Source: a candidate division WOR-3 bacterium (GTDB lineage Bacteria > Hydrothermota > Tepidihabitantia > SM23-42 > CAYGYG01). Taken from it: a stretch of DNA of 64,000 nucleotides. The first letter of the stretch is position 1; each line of letters starts with the position of its first letter. The stretch lies in the NCBI GenBank assembly GCA_965648915.1, contig CBFGIV010000001.1:1-64000 (forward strand), given 5' to 3'. Position numbers and translations under genes: made by a program. A model generated the notes under the pieces. The model had not been told where the DNA came from, made no database searches, and was given only the letters and a program-made list of their open reading frames with translations. Of this stretch, positions 19,976 to 30,434 are shown in pieces.

Positions 19976-20507
19976 CTCCCATTATATAGACTGCATCCTC
20001 ACCGTCTTCCTCCTTAACCATTACCTTGACAATCTCTCTTTTCCCGAGAGAGATTTTCTTACCAATGAAGTCGGCCTGAATCGGTAACTCACGCTGTCCG
20101 CGATCAATCAAAACCGCGAGTTGAATTTTCTTGGGCCGGCCAAAATCGATGATCTGATCCATTGCTGCCCGCACGGTTCGACCGGTATATAAGACATCAT
20201 CGACCAGAATCACTATCTTATCCTTAATATCAAAATCAATCTCAGTCGAATGAACCACGGGCACATCACCGATGGTGTCGATATCATCACGATACAGAGT
20301 AATATCCAGGGCTCCAAAAGGGACCTCTTTACCTTCAATTTTTTTAATATGGTCGGCAATCCGGGTGGCGATGCGATCGCCCCGTCTTTTGATACCGACC
20401 AGAACAAGGTCCTTCATCCCACGATTCTTCTCCAGAATTTCATGGGCAATACGGGATATAATCCTTTTGATGTCATCGCGGTCCATTATCTTATGTTTAT
20501 CCATCAA
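19959..20507 (-). CDS. pyrR: Pyrimidine operon regulator / uracil phosphoribosyltransferase PyrR
   Basis: LDITLYRDD, LVDDVLYTGRTVRAA, RELPIQADFIGK. Confidence 0.95.
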   Translation of the reverse strand: MMDKHKIMDRDDIKRIISRIAHEILEKNRGMKDLVLVGIKRRGDRIATRIADHIKKIEGKEVPFGALDITLYRDDIDTIGDVPVVHSTEIDFDIKDKIVILVDDVLYTGRTVRAAMDQIIDFGRPKKIQLAVLIDRGQRELPIQADFIGKKISLGKREIVKVMVKEEDGEDAVYIMGGGDEV

Positions 20508-20548
20508 ACCCCCTGTAGGGAATTCCCATCGTTTATAGACTTATCCGC

Positions 20549-20581
20549 AAAAAAATACCTATCCATAAAAATCGGATAGGT
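20549..20581 (-). terminator. Intrinsic terminator between pilT and pyrR
   Basis: Minus strand ACCTATCC-loop-GGATAGGT followed by ATTTTTTT. Confidence 0.7.
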
Positions 20582-20610
20582 TAAGTGCTTCAATAAATAA
20601 AGAGATTCGC

Positions 20611-21675
20611 TTAAGCAACAAGAGCACCGACCTCCCGCTTAAAATTTTCTGCATTAAGACATTTACTAAGGGCCTCCTCATAGGAGACAATTTTTGATCG
20701 GACATACTGGGCAAGACAGGTGTCCAGGGTAATCATCCCCTGTTTCTGTGAGGTCTGGAGAATCGATGCGAGCTGGTGGGTCTTGGCCTCTCTTATAAGG
20801 TTGCGCACCGGTGAAGTTGCCACCAGAATTTCATAGGCGGCAATCCTGCCTTTCTTGTCGAGGCGCTTAACCAGTGTCTGAGAAATGACCCCGACCAGAT
20901 TGAGCGAGAGTTGCATTCGGATTTGATTCTGCTGATGGGCGGGGAATACATCAATGATCCGGTCGATCGTTGATATTGAGTCGGTGGTGTGGAGGGTGGT
21001 GATGACAAGGTGGCCGGTCTCGGCCGCAGTAATTGAGAGAGAGATTGTCTCGAGATCACGCATTTCACCGACCAGAATGACATCCGGGTCCTGACGGAGA
21101 ACAAATTTGAGGGCGTTGGCAAAAGAGAGTGTATCCCGTCCGACCTCGCGCTGGGTAATAAGGGCCTTCTTATTTTTATGGACAAATTCAATTGGATCCT
21201 CGACCGTTACGATATGACAGGTATCGTTCGAATTTCGATGGTTGATGATTGCAGCCTGGGTCGTTGACTTTCCACATCCCGAAGGCCCGGTAACAATTAT
21301 CAATCCTCGCGGGCGCATTGCCATTTCCTTGATAATCGGTGGGAATTTTAAATCATCTATCGTCGGGATCGAGGCGGGGATAAGACGAAAGACCATGCCG
21401 GTATGGCCCTTCTGCCGGAAGAGATTTACCCGATATCGGGCAATACCCGGGATCTCATAAGAGAAGTCGAGTTCCATCTCTTTATGAAACTCAGAGATCT
21501 GCTCTTTATTTAAGATTTCGACAACACCGGATTCGATGTCAACATCAGTCAGGGGTGGTAGATTGAGTGGAACAAGATCACCGTGAATACGGAGTAAAGG
21601 TGCGCTCCCAACCTTGAGGATCAAATCGGATGCACTGTGCTGGATCTGAAGATCTAATAGTTCTCTAAGTTTCAT
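20611..21675 (-). CDS. pilT: Type IV pilus retraction ATPase (PilT/PilU family), copy 2
   Basis: GPSGCGKSTT, EDPIE, LRQDPDVILVGEMRD, AAETGH, VRNLIRE. Confidence 0.9.
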   Translation of the reverse strand: MKLRELLDLQIQHSASDLILKVGSAPLLRIHGDLVPLNLPPLTDVDIESGVVEILNKEQISEFHKEMELDFSYEIPGIARYRVNLFRQKGHTGMVFRLIPASIPTIDDLKFPPIIKEMAMRPRGLIIVTGPSGCGKSTTQAAIINHRNSNDTCHIVTVEDPIEFVHKNKKALITQREVGRDTLSFANALKFVLRQDPDVILVGEMRDLETISLSITAAETGHLVITTLHTTDSISTIDRIIDVFPAHQQNQIRMQLSLNLVGVISQTLVKRLDKKGRIAAYEILVATSPVRNLIREAKTHQLASILQTSQKQGMITLDTCLAQYVRSKIVSYEEALSKCLNAENFKREVGALVA

Positions 21676-22739
21676 GGTGATTTGGCAATCTTTTCAAACT
21701 CATCTGGATTTGTGGAATGGGCCAGTGCATCTTCAAAGGTCACCAGGTCCTGAAAATAGAGATTCTTCAGATACTGATCCATCTGGATCATACCCAGTTT
21801 CGATCCGGTCTGGATAAAAGAATAGATCTGCGGGGTCTTGGCTTCACGAATCGCACTTCGAATCGCAGCCGTGCAGGTCATTATTTCAAAGGCGGCAACC
21901 CGACCGGTTCGATCCTTCCGGGCAACAAGGGTCTCGGTAACAACTGCCTGAAGGGTTGATGCAAGTTGAATACGGATCTGGGGTTGCTGCTGGGGCGGAA
22001 AGACATCGATGATTCGATCGATAGTCTGAACCGCATCGATCGTGTGAAGGGTTGAAAAGATCAAATGTCCGGTCTCAGCGGCGGTAAGGGCCATGGCCAT
22101 CGTTTCGAGGTCACGCATCTCACCGACCAGAATGATATCTGGATTCTGGCGCATAACATGTTTTAAGGCTTGGGCATAGGAGTGGGTATCAATCCCGATC
22201 TCCCGCTGCTCAATCACCGAAAGTTTATCCCGGTGAAGAAATTCAATCGGATCTTCGATCGTAATTATGTGTGCCCGGCGGGTTTGATTGATCGTTTCGA
22301 TAATCGAGGCCAGGGTTGTCGATTTGCCACTTCCGGTCGGTCCGGTAATGAGGACCAAGCCACGGGGCAGATTGGCAATCTCTTTGAAGATGGACGGAAA
22401 ACCCCATTCGTCGATGGTCTTGATCTTCAACGGAATGATTCTCATTACTGCACCGATGGTGCCCATAAACTTGAAACAGTTGACCCGGAATCGAGCCACA
22501 CCGGGTATCTCGTATGCCATATCAAGTTCCAACTCTGTCTCTAAACGTTTCCGCCGCTCCGGGGTCATTATTTTATAGACAATATTTTCTATCTCCTCAG
22601 CCTTCAGGGGCGGATAATCGGTCCGGACGAGTTCACCATAGATCCTGAAGACCGGTGGCTCGCCGACGCGGAGGTGTAAATCCGATCCCTCACGTAAGAC
22701 CAGTTCTTCAAGCAGAACATCAAGTTCAACTGAGACCAT
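21672..22739 (-). CDS. pilT: Type IV pilus retraction ATPase (PilT/PilU family), copy 1
   Basis: GPTGSGKSTT, EDPIE, GEMRD, AAETGH, AIRSAIRE. Confidence 0.92.
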   Translation of the reverse strand: MVSVELDVLLEELVLREGSDLHLRVGEPPVFRIYGELVRTDYPPLKAEEIENIVYKIMTPERRKRLETELELDMAYEIPGVARFRVNCFKFMGTIGAVMRIIPLKIKTIDEWGFPSIFKEIANLPRGLVLITGPTGSGKSTTLASIIETINQTRRAHIITIEDPIEFLHRDKLSVIEQREIGIDTHSYAQALKHVMRQNPDIILVGEMRDLETMAMALTAAETGHLIFSTLHTIDAVQTIDRIIDVFPPQQQPQIRIQLASTLQAVVTETLVARKDRTGRVAAFEIMTCTAAIRSAIREAKTPQIYSFIQTGSKLGMIQMDQYLKNLYFQDLVTFEDALAHSTNPDEFEKIAKSP

Positions 22740-22748
22740 AGTTTTTAT

Positions 22749-22777
22749 AAAAAAGGGGTTCCATAATGGAACCCCTT
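22749..22777 (-). terminator. Intrinsic terminator-like hairpin
   Basis: AAGGGGTTCCA-TAA-TGGAACCCCTT perfect stem with a T-run on the minus strand. Confidence 0.7.
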
Positions 22778-22792
22778 AATGGTTGAAAATAT

Positions 22793-23587
22793 TTAAAGCC
22801 GGTAGGCGACAAAGGCCCTTAAACCAAATGAATAGTCGGTGTAGGTCAATGCCTTGGTTGAAATAACTTCGGTATAAGGCGACTTGGGAGCAACCTTTAT
22901 TGTAAAGATACCTAGTGATGGATATTTTGTTGTATCCGCAGTTGAGAACTTGCAGGTTAGAACCGATTCGGCCGCAGTTGCTGAGACCTCCTTGGAATCG
23001 ATCGGATTGACCAGATTGAGGAGGCTGTCGGGATCAGTAGTGATCTTGCCCCGATAAACTTCCACCTTGTAATCTTTAATCAGTTCGTCTTTTTTGTTTT
23101 TGATTGTTCGCCAGGTTACGGTCAGGGTCTCGGCAAGGTTCCGGAGGTTGATCGTATCAGAATCGGGTTTGACATAGGTAATCAAAGGCAGGATATAAAC
23201 CTCAATGGTGTCAAAGGGTTCGATATTCTGACCGTTCCAGTAATTCAATTTATAATAAAAGCGGGCACCACCCTTGACATAAAGTGTATCGGTCGTTTTA
23301 AAAGTCATTGTATCCGTTATCGGCGAGATGGTATCGATATCTCTCCAATCCGTATTATTTGTCGAATACTGGACAATGATGCCATCGCCGACCTCGGGTT
23401 TGGTTATCGCCCACCACCACTTGAGCATCGTAAAACCGGTTCGCTTGGCTCCGAGCAATTTGCTCTCGACCGAGACAATGTTCGAAGTGGCAAGTTTAAC
23501 CGTGCTTAAATTTACCTCGATGCCGGTCTCGCATACCATTACCAGAAAAACAACTACCGCAAGGATGATGAAGAGACCTTTCTTCAT
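22793..23587 (-). CDS. Hypothetical exported protein, probable lipoprotein
   Basis: MKKGLFIILAVVVFLVMVC signal; AAGGAGGT SD; own promoter at 23604-23631. Confidence 0.65.
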   Translation of the reverse strand: MKKGLFIILAVVVFLVMVCETGIEVNLSTVKLATSNIVSVESKLLGAKRTGFTMLKWWWAITKPEVGDGIIVQYSTNNTDWRDIDTISPITDTMTFKTTDTLYVKGGARFYYKLNYWNGQNIEPFDTIEVYILPLITYVKPDSDTINLRNLAETLTVTWRTIKNKKDELIKDYKVEVYRGKITTDPDSLLNLVNPIDSKEVSATAAESVLTCKFSTADTTKYPSLGIFTIKVAPKSPYTEVISTKALTYTDYSFGLRAFVAYRL

Positions 23588-23707
23588 TTTACCTCCTTGA
23601 CCAATTTTATTGAAAAAAGAGAATTTGTCAACAATTCGTTTTGTGAACAGCGTAATAATTTTTTCCTCTTGAGCAGATTCTTACCGATTGGATCAACAAT
23701 TATTTAC

Positions 23708-23735
23708 TTGACGCAGATTGAGTTTTATGTATAAT
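23708..23735 (+). promoter_or_regulatory. Sigma70-type promoter of metG (near-leaderless)
   Basis: TTGACG-16 bp-TATAAT, 8 nt before the ATG, no SD. Confidence 0.7.
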
Positions 23736-23743
23736 GAAACCTT

Positions 23744-25717
23744 ATGAGAATTCTTGTAACCAGCGCCCTGCCTTATGCCAATGGTGAGATCCATTTTGGT
23801 CATCTGGCTGGGGCTTATCTGCCCGCTGATATCTATGTTCGCTATCAGAGGCTTAAGAAGAGGGATGTTATTTATATCTGCGGTACAGATGAGCATGGTG
23901 TTCCGATAACCATCACGGCTGATCGAGAGAAGAAGACACCGCGCGAGATCGTCGATCGTTATTTTGAGTCGATCAAGAAATCTTTTGAGGATTTTGGTAT
24001 AAAATTTGATAACTTTTCACGTACTACCCTTCCTCTCCATTACAAATTCTCTCAGAATTTCTTTCTCAAGATATACGAAAAGGGTTATATCTTTCCTAAG
24101 GAGACCAAGCAGTTCTACTGCCCGAACTGCCAGAAGTTTCTCGCTGACCGCTATATTCTCGGGACCTGCCCTCACTGTAGCGCTCAGGATGCACGGGGTG
24201 ACCAGTGCGAGGCCTGTGGCCGGTGGCTTGAACCTTTTAACCTGATCGATCCTCACTGCCAGATCTGTAATACCACGCCAAAAGAGCGTATTACCACTCA
24301 CTGGTATTTTAAGTTGAGTGCATTTGATAGCCAGTTACGCGAGTGGCTGGCGACAAAGACCCACTGGAAAGATAATGTCAAGAAATTCTGCGATGGCTGG
24401 TTAAAAGAGGGGCTTGAAGATCGGCCAATAACTCGGGACCTAAGCTGGGGTGTTCCGGTACCTTTAAGTGAAGCAGTCGGTAAAGTCCTCTATGTCTGGT
24501 TTGATGCCCCGATCGGCTACATATCTTCGACCATTGAGTGGGCAGAAAATATGGGCGAACCCGAGGCCTGGAAAAGATACTGGCTGGATCCAGAGACGAA
24601 ACTCGTCCATTTTATCGGCAAGGATAACATCGTCTTTCATGCCCTGGTCTGGCCAGCAATGCTTATGGCTCATGGTGACTATATACTACCAACTGAGATC
24701 CCGGCCAATGAGTTTTTAAATATTGAAAGTGCCAAGATCTCGACCTCAAGGGGACATGCAATCTGGCTTCCCGATTATTTAAAAGAGTTTGCTCCAGATC
24801 CATTAAGATATTATCTGACAATCAATGCCCCCGAGACCAGGGATTCGGACTTCACCTGGCAGGATTTTAAGATCAAACACAACAACGAACTGGCTAATGT
24901 GCTGGGTAACTTTGTTAACCGCAGTATGGCCTTTGTTACTAAATACTATAACCGGCATATTCCCACCTCCTCAAACTTTGATGACCGTGCCGGTCGAATG
25001 GTCAAGATTATCGAAGAAGCACCCGATGCAATCGGAAAGATGATCGAACATTTCGAATTTAAGAAAGCGATGAAAGAGATTATGAATATCGCCCATGAGG
25101 GGAATAAATACTTTGACCACGATGAACCCTGGAATATGAGAAAGACCAGTCCGCTCTACTGTGAACGGACAATCTATGTCTGTATGAAATTGATCTCGAT
25201 GCTCCAGGTTATTATTGAGCCGTTCCTACCTTTTACCGCTCAGAAAATCGCCAGTGCTTTGAAACTCAAAGACCGGACCTGGGATGAGGCAAAGACTGCA
25301 ATATTACCCGGCGAGCTGGGTGAGGTTGAAATCCTCTTTCCCAAGATCGAAACGATCACGCTTCAGAAACCAAAGGAGGTTAAAGAATTGATACCCGAAA
25401 TAACGCTTGAAGAGTTTAAGAAAGTTGATTTGAGAGTAGCAAAAATATTGAAAGCTGAAAATGTTACGGGCACAGAAAAACTTATGAAGATGGAGGTTGA
25501 AGTCGGTAACGAGACCAGACAGATTGTCGCCGGAATTGCCCGAAATTATAAGGCAGAGGAATTAGTTGGCAAATACATTGTCATCGTATATAATCTTAAA
25601 CCGGCCCGGATCTTTAATGTTGAATCTAAGGGTATGCTCCTGGCCGCGGTAAAAGGCGATGAGGTGATTCTGATCAGTCCAGAGAAGCCGATCGACCCCG
25701 GGGCGAAGATAAGTTAA
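23744..25717 (+). CDS. metG: Methionine-tRNA ligase with C-terminal tRNA-binding domain
   Basis: PYANGEIHFGH (HIGH-like), Zn knuckles, KISTS (KMSKS-like), Trbp111-like C-terminus. Confidence 0.97.
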   Translation: MRILVTSALPYANGEIHFGHLAGAYLPADIYVRYQRLKKRDVIYICGTDEHGVPITITADREKKTPREIVDRYFESIKKSFEDFGIKFDNFSRTTLPLHYKFSQNFFLKIYEKGYIFPKETKQFYCPNCQKFLADRYILGTCPHCSAQDARGDQCEACGRWLEPFNLIDPHCQICNTTPKERITTHWYFKLSAFDSQLREWLATKTHWKDNVKKFCDGWLKEGLEDRPITRDLSWGVPVPLSEAVGKVLYVWFDAPIGYISSTIEWAENMGEPEAWKRYWLDPETKLVHFIGKDNIVFHALVWPAMLMAHGDYILPTEIPANEFLNIESAKISTSRGHAIWLPDYLKEFAPDPLRYYLTINAPETRDSDFTWQDFKIKHNNELANVLGNFVNRSMAFVTKYYNRHIPTSSNFDDRAGRMVKIIEEAPDAIGKMIEHFEFKKAMKEIMNIAHEGNKYFDHDEPWNMRKTSPLYCERTIYVCMKLISMLQVIIEPFLPFTAQKIASALKLKDRTWDEAKTAILPGELGEVEILFPKIETITLQKPKEVKELIPEITLEEFKKVDLRVAKILKAENVTGTEKLMKMEVEVGNETRQIVAGIARNYKAEELVGKYIVIVYNLKPARIFNVESKGMLLAAVKGDEVILISPEKPIDPGAKIS

Positions 25718-25749
25718 GCATCGATCCGTGCTGACCCTGTTTTTCGATA

Positions 25750-26502
25750 GTGTTTGATACCCACGCACACCTTTCCGATCCGGCATTCGCAAACGATCTC
25801 GCTTCGGTCGTTGAAAATGCACATTCCTCAGGAGTCGATCATATCATCGCGGTCGGCTACGATTTCCTGTCTTCACAGCAGAGTATTAAATTTGCCCGGG
25901 AAAAGACCTGGATCTATGCCGCCGTCGGGATCCATCCCCATGAAGCAGGTCGCTATCAGGGTGATTTGAGCGAGATCGAGATGCTCACTAAAGAGGCAAA
26001 GGTTATTGCCATCGGTGAGACCGGGCTCGATTTTTATCGGTCCTATTCACCACCCGATCGCCAGAAGGATCTTTTCCGGAGGCATATCGATCTGGCTAAA
26101 AAGACCAGGAAGCCTCTCATCATTCATGTCCGTCAAGCATTCGATGAAGTTCTCAAAATCCTTGGCGAAGAAGATTATCATTCAGGTGTTTTTCACTGTT
26201 ACAGCGGTGATTTAAATTTTGCCCGCCGTATAGTCGAGATGGGATTTTATATTTCATTCAGTGGCTCGATTACCTTTGCCGGTTCGCGCCTGCCGCTCAT
26301 AATAAATGATTTACCGAGGGAGCGAATTCTGGTCGAGACCGATGCCCCTTTCCTAACCCCGGTACCCTTGCGGGGGAAGCGGAACGAACCTGCAAATCTG
26401 AAGTATGTTGTAAGAAAGATTTCAGATGTCTTAAATCTTCCGTTTGATGAAATTGATCGATTGACAACGGAAAACGGTTTAACCGCCTTTACTTGCCGAT
26501 GA
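25750..26502 (+). CDS. tatD: TatD family DNase
   Basis: FDTHAHL, GIHPH, IGETGLD, ETDAPFL. Confidence 0.93.
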   Translation: MFDTHAHLSDPAFANDLASVVENAHSSGVDHIIAVGYDFLSSQQSIKFAREKTWIYAAVGIHPHEAGRYQGDLSEIEMLTKEAKVIAIGETGLDFYRSYSPPDRQKDLFRRHIDLAKKTRKPLIIHVRQAFDEVLKILGEEDYHSGVFHCYSGDLNFARRIVEMGFYISFSGSITFAGSRLPLIINDLPRERILVETDAPFLTPVPLRGKRNEPANLKYVVRKISDVLNLPFDEIDRLTTENGLTAFTCR

Positions 26503-27260
26503 GACTAAAAAAATCTTTAAGTCAGCATCTTCTATGGAATAAAAAAGTTGCTGAAAAGATTGTGAATTTTGCGCGGATCGAGAGCAATGACGAGATTGTT
26601 GAAATCGGCTCTGGCACCGGTATCTTAACCCGGGCGATGGCAATACACGCTAAGAAAATTTATGCCGTCGAGATCGACCGGGAGATGGTTAAAATCCTGA
26701 AGAAAAATCTTGCCGGATTCAACAATATCGAGATCATCGAACAGGATTTTTTGACCTTAACGATTGCTCACTTTAACCGGCCACTAATTATTGGTAACAT
26801 ACCATACCGAATCACAACCCGGATTATTAAAAAACTTATTGATGAGCGAGACTTTTTTGCCCGGGCGATTCTGACAATGCAAAGAGAGTATGCACAACGA
26901 TTGCTTGCCCGGCCAGGGAACAAAGAGTACGGTTCGATGACAATCTTTACGGGTTATCATTTCAGGATAAACCGGGGATTTCTCATCCCGCCGGGGCAAT
27001 TCCGGCCGAGACCAAAAGTATCATCGATGGTGGTTGAATTTATCAGACGCGAAATCAACTTTGGCCTGGAGCCGGATGACCTCAACGGTTTTTTTGATTT
27101 TGTTAAGAGACTATTCTGCTATCGCCGCAAGAAGATTTCCACTATTGTTAAAAAATTGTACGGTATAGCCCTGATTTATAATCGTCGACCCGAAGAACTG
27201 GAGATTGAGGAACTGATTAATCTCTATAATAATTTGCGAGTGCCATGGCAAAGGTTCTGA
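26499..27260 (+). CDS. rsmA: 16S rRNA adenine dimethyltransferase
   Basis: KKSLSQHLL, EIGSGTG, GNIPYRIT, FRPRPKVSS; ATGA overlap with tatD. Confidence 0.93.
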   Translation: MRLKKSLSQHLLWNKKVAEKIVNFARIESNDEIVEIGSGTGILTRAMAIHAKKIYAVEIDREMVKILKKNLAGFNNIEIIEQDFLTLTIAHFNRPLIIGNIPYRITTRIIKKLIDERDFFARAILTMQREYAQRLLARPGNKEYGSMTIFTGYHFRINRGFLIPPGQFRPRPKVSSMVVEFIRREINFGLEPDDLNGFFDFVKRLFCYRRKKISTIVKKLYGIALIYNRRPEELEIEELINLYNNLRVPWQRF

Positions 27261-28333
27261 TCCTCGAAGCAGATTATGAAAATTTAAGAAGATCGGTTGC
27301 GGAGGTATTTAATTTTTTCAAACCTGATCTGGCGCACAAGGAAGTCTTCGTCAAACCGAATATGCTCTCGGCCCGCAAGCCCGAAGAGCATGTCACAACC
27401 CATCCCTCTTTAATCCGGGCAGTCGGTCAGGAATTGATCGGACGTGGGGCAAATTTTGTGGTCGGTGACAACCATTCTGGAGAGATCGGCATCACGAACG
27501 AAGAGGTCGCCCGGAGAACAGGAATTTTATCGGCAGCGCTGGGGCGTTTCCGGAATATAAGTAGATCTGGCGGTAAGGTTAAAGGATTCTCCCGATTGAT
27601 CGATGAACTGATTGTCTCCACCGAAATCCTCGACTGTGGCTATCTTATCTCCCTGCCTAAGTTTAAGACCCATGCCCTGACTATGATAACCGGGGCATTG
27701 AAGAATATGTTTGGGATCATCCCGGGTGGACTCAAATCCAGGATCCACTATCTCTGTGCCCGGGCTTCAGATTTTGCACAGATAATTGTTGATATCTACA
27801 AGATCCGACCACCGGATCTGACCATAATGGATGCAATCGTAGGGATGGAAGGTCTTGGTCCAGGTAATGGAAAGATACGGCCGATTGGAAAATTGATTGC
27901 ATCCACCAATGGGGCAGCGGTCGATATCATTATGGCTCGAATGATGGGGATTGATCCACAAAAGATTCTTCATCTTAAATATGCGACCGAGCAGGGGTTG
28001 GTCGACCCGGGGCAGATCGAAGTTATCGGTAATTTTGATGTCCTGAAAAAATTTCAACTGCCACCTACTTTCTCCGGTCGTGGAATATTTAAGTATCTCT
28101 ACGATAAGGTTATCCACGGCATCCATTTAGGACGATTGCCTTATGTCGATATAAATCGTTGCCAGCGTTGTAAATCCTGTGCCAATATCTGCCCTGCGGG
28201 TGCAATAGACGATCAGGCCATTTCTGCTCCGCGCGTTATCCCCGGCAAGTGTATCCTCTGTTACTGCTGTATTGAGATCTGCCCCCATAATGCAATCCGA
28301 ACCAGACTCCATCTTCGTCGTTACAGAGAGTAG
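27245..28333 (+). CDS. DUF362 domain protein with C-terminal 2[4Fe-4S] ferredoxin
   Basis: VKPNML...TTHP, LPKFKTH, GALKNMFG; CQRCKSCANICP and CILCYCCIEICP. Confidence 0.88.
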   Translation: MAKVLILEADYENLRRSVAEVFNFFKPDLAHKEVFVKPNMLSARKPEEHVTTHPSLIRAVGQELIGRGANFVVGDNHSGEIGITNEEVARRTGILSAALGRFRNISRSGGKVKGFSRLIDELIVSTEILDCGYLISLPKFKTHALTMITGALKNMFGIIPGGLKSRIHYLCARASDFAQIIVDIYKIRPPDLTIMDAIVGMEGLGPGNGKIRPIGKLIASTNGAAVDIIMARMMGIDPQKILHLKYATEQGLVDPGQIEVIGNFDVLKKFQLPPTFSGRGIFKYLYDKVIHGIHLGRLPYVDINRCQRCKSCANICPAGAIDDQAISAPRVIPGKCILCYCCIEICPHNAIRTRLHLRRYRE

Positions 28334-28355
28334 ACAAATTCTCTCAGGCTGTTTT

Positions 28356-30434
28356 TTATAGCGCCTTTTCAATGGCAACAATCTCGTATTCGAGATCGTT
28401 GATTTTTATCATCGCCCCAACAGTTTTACCCAGCAAATGCCTGGCCAGCGGGGCTTCATTCGAAATAATATTTTTATCAAGATTGGTGTCCCAGCGACCA
28501 AGGATGGTATAAGACACCCTTGTTTGGTCCTTTTTTGCTTCTAATGTAACTTTAGTCCCGACTGAGACTTTATGAATATCGATTGTTGCCGGATCGATAA
28601 TCTTTGTCTTGAGCAGGGCTGATTCAAGATCGCGTACCTTTTGATAGAGTTGATCCTGTTTTTCTCTGGCAACCTTATATTCGAAATTTTCACTCAAATC
28701 CCCGTATTCACGTGCCCGGCTGATCTCTCTTTTATTCTCCGGGATCTCAACCGTCAGAAGTCGCTGTAACTCCTCTTTCTTTTTATTGAGAGATTCTTTT
28801 GTTGCATAGATAACATCATCATCTTTTTTGAACAACTGCGGGAAATGGAATTCGATGATTCTTATGAAATTCCTCTTTTCCCAATCGGCCAGTGTGGAAC
28901 TGTTTTTTAATGAGGCTAAAATCCGACGGGCGTCTTCCAAAGTGGTCTGGCCGATCAACCGGTCGAAGGCCTCAAGGTTCAGGATTTTTAATATCATCGG
29001 TTTGATTCCATTTATCTGTTCAAGACTATCAATCAGACGCGCAATAACTGAGGAGGTAAAAAATTCGACCAGTTCTCCCTTCGCCATTTTTTTCAGGAGC
29101 CATTTAAACTGGTCCGGATGATTTTTGGGAGCGATGATTATCGATTGGTATAATTCTTTAAGTAGAGGTGGATTTTCCCTCAGGCTCTCTTCGATTACAT
29201 TCAAGATTGGTGGATTACCTACTACAAAGGCAATATTTTTGAAGATCTCGGGCCAGTTATCCGGAAATCGATCTTTTATAAAGTTGAGGAGGAATTTTTG
29301 ACTTGTTACAAGTTGCAATTTTGCAATTATCTCTTCCGGTTCTATCACGGTGAAAAGCTCATCAATTGTGTAACTCAGGGGCTGAAGATCATTTCCACCT
29401 CCAGTAGTGCTGATGAAATTTTTGCAGAGGACCGCAATTTCAAAGGCTGAAACCGGATCGTCCTTGTAAGTTTTATTGGAGATTTCAATCAACTGTTGCA
29501 TTACCTTCTTGATGATGTCTGACCTTCGGCTGAGAAGATCAAATGCGATTCTGATCTTTTCTTTAATTGATGCCCGGGAAAAGTTTTCAATTGTCTCGGT
29601 AGATTTATCGATACCGGTTGTAACATATTGATAGGTTTTCTGGTTTTTACCGGTGACCCGAACATTGGGATCGGCCTCGATCTTTTTACGAAACTTTTCC
29701 CAGAATTTTGAAATTTCCTCGGTTTCGATTATACCTTCCAGATAAAATTTGATCTGGTTGGCATTCAACGGGCAAGCAAAACTCTTGAGTAGAAAAATAA
29801 TCAGCCCCACCGGGTCGGAATTGACTGATTTTTTTAAATCTTCAAGTGCATAATGCTTTTTATAAAGAAAATGTTCTTGATCGATTGGGGTTAATAATTT
29901 TTTGGCAACTTCGATGTTGAGAAAATGGCGACCCTTCTTTTCAAAATTAAAGACGATTTCTCCTTTAGAAAGGTTAAAATCAATAACCTGCCCCAGGCCA
30001 TAATTTTCAAAGTAAAAATGACGGCCGATATCAAATTTTAAATGTTCTTCAAATCGGTTCAATGCCCTGAAGAGGTTCTCATCGGTCTCAATCCGTGAAT
30101 ATTGAATAAACTCTTCGATGCGCTTGCTCTGCTGATAGTTAAGTCGGTACAGGTCGATCAATTTTTTGCGAATTTCTGAATTGCCAGGTGTATAGTATGC
30201 GATAACTTTATATACCCTGATTGCATCGGATAGGGCAGCGATCGATTCAAGATGCCCGGCTAAGAATTCAAGTAAGATGAGGGCGCGGGGGAGTTCGTTG
30301 ATTTTTTTCAATTCCTCGGCAATAACAAAATATTCCTCAAGGCGGGTCGGATCCCTCTCTATCATCTCCAGCCAGCGATTTTCGAGGTTCTGAAAATCCC
30401 GGGATTCAATTAGATGTCTGAAATCTTCCTCCAT
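28356..30434 (-). CDS. greA: GreA/GreB-family transcription factor with long N-terminal extension
   Basis: C-terminal AREYGDLSENFEY...ISNEAPLARHLLGK. Start placed at ATG 30434, 6 nt after TTGCAT-16 bp-TATTAT. Confidence 0.85.
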   Translation of the reverse strand: MEEDFRHLIESRDFQNLENRWLEMIERDPTRLEEYFVIAEELKKINELPRALILLEFLAGHLESIAALSDAIRVYKVIAYYTPGNSEIRKKLIDLYRLNYQQSKRIEEFIQYSRIETDENLFRALNRFEEHLKFDIGRHFYFENYGLGQVIDFNLSKGEIVFNFEKKGRHFLNIEVAKKLLTPIDQEHFLYKKHYALEDLKKSVNSDPVGLIIFLLKSFACPLNANQIKFYLEGIIETEEISKFWEKFRKKIEADPNVRVTGKNQKTYQYVTTGIDKSTETIENFSRASIKEKIRIAFDLLSRRSDIIKKVMQQLIEISNKTYKDDPVSAFEIAVLCKNFISTTGGGNDLQPLSYTIDELFTVIEPEEIIAKLQLVTSQKFLLNFIKDRFPDNWPEIFKNIAFVVGNPPILNVIEESLRENPPLLKELYQSIIIAPKNHPDQFKWLLKKMAKGELVEFFTSSVIARLIDSLEQINGIKPMILKILNLEAFDRLIGQTTLEDARRILASLKNSSTLADWEKRNFIRIIEFHFPQLFKKDDDVIYATKESLNKKKEELQRLLTVEIPENKREISRAREYGDLSENFEYKVAREKQDQLYQKVRDLESALLKTKIIDPATIDIHKVSVGTKVTLEAKKDQTRVSYTILGRWDTNLDKNIISNEAPLARHLLGKTVGAMIKINDLEYEIVAIEKAL

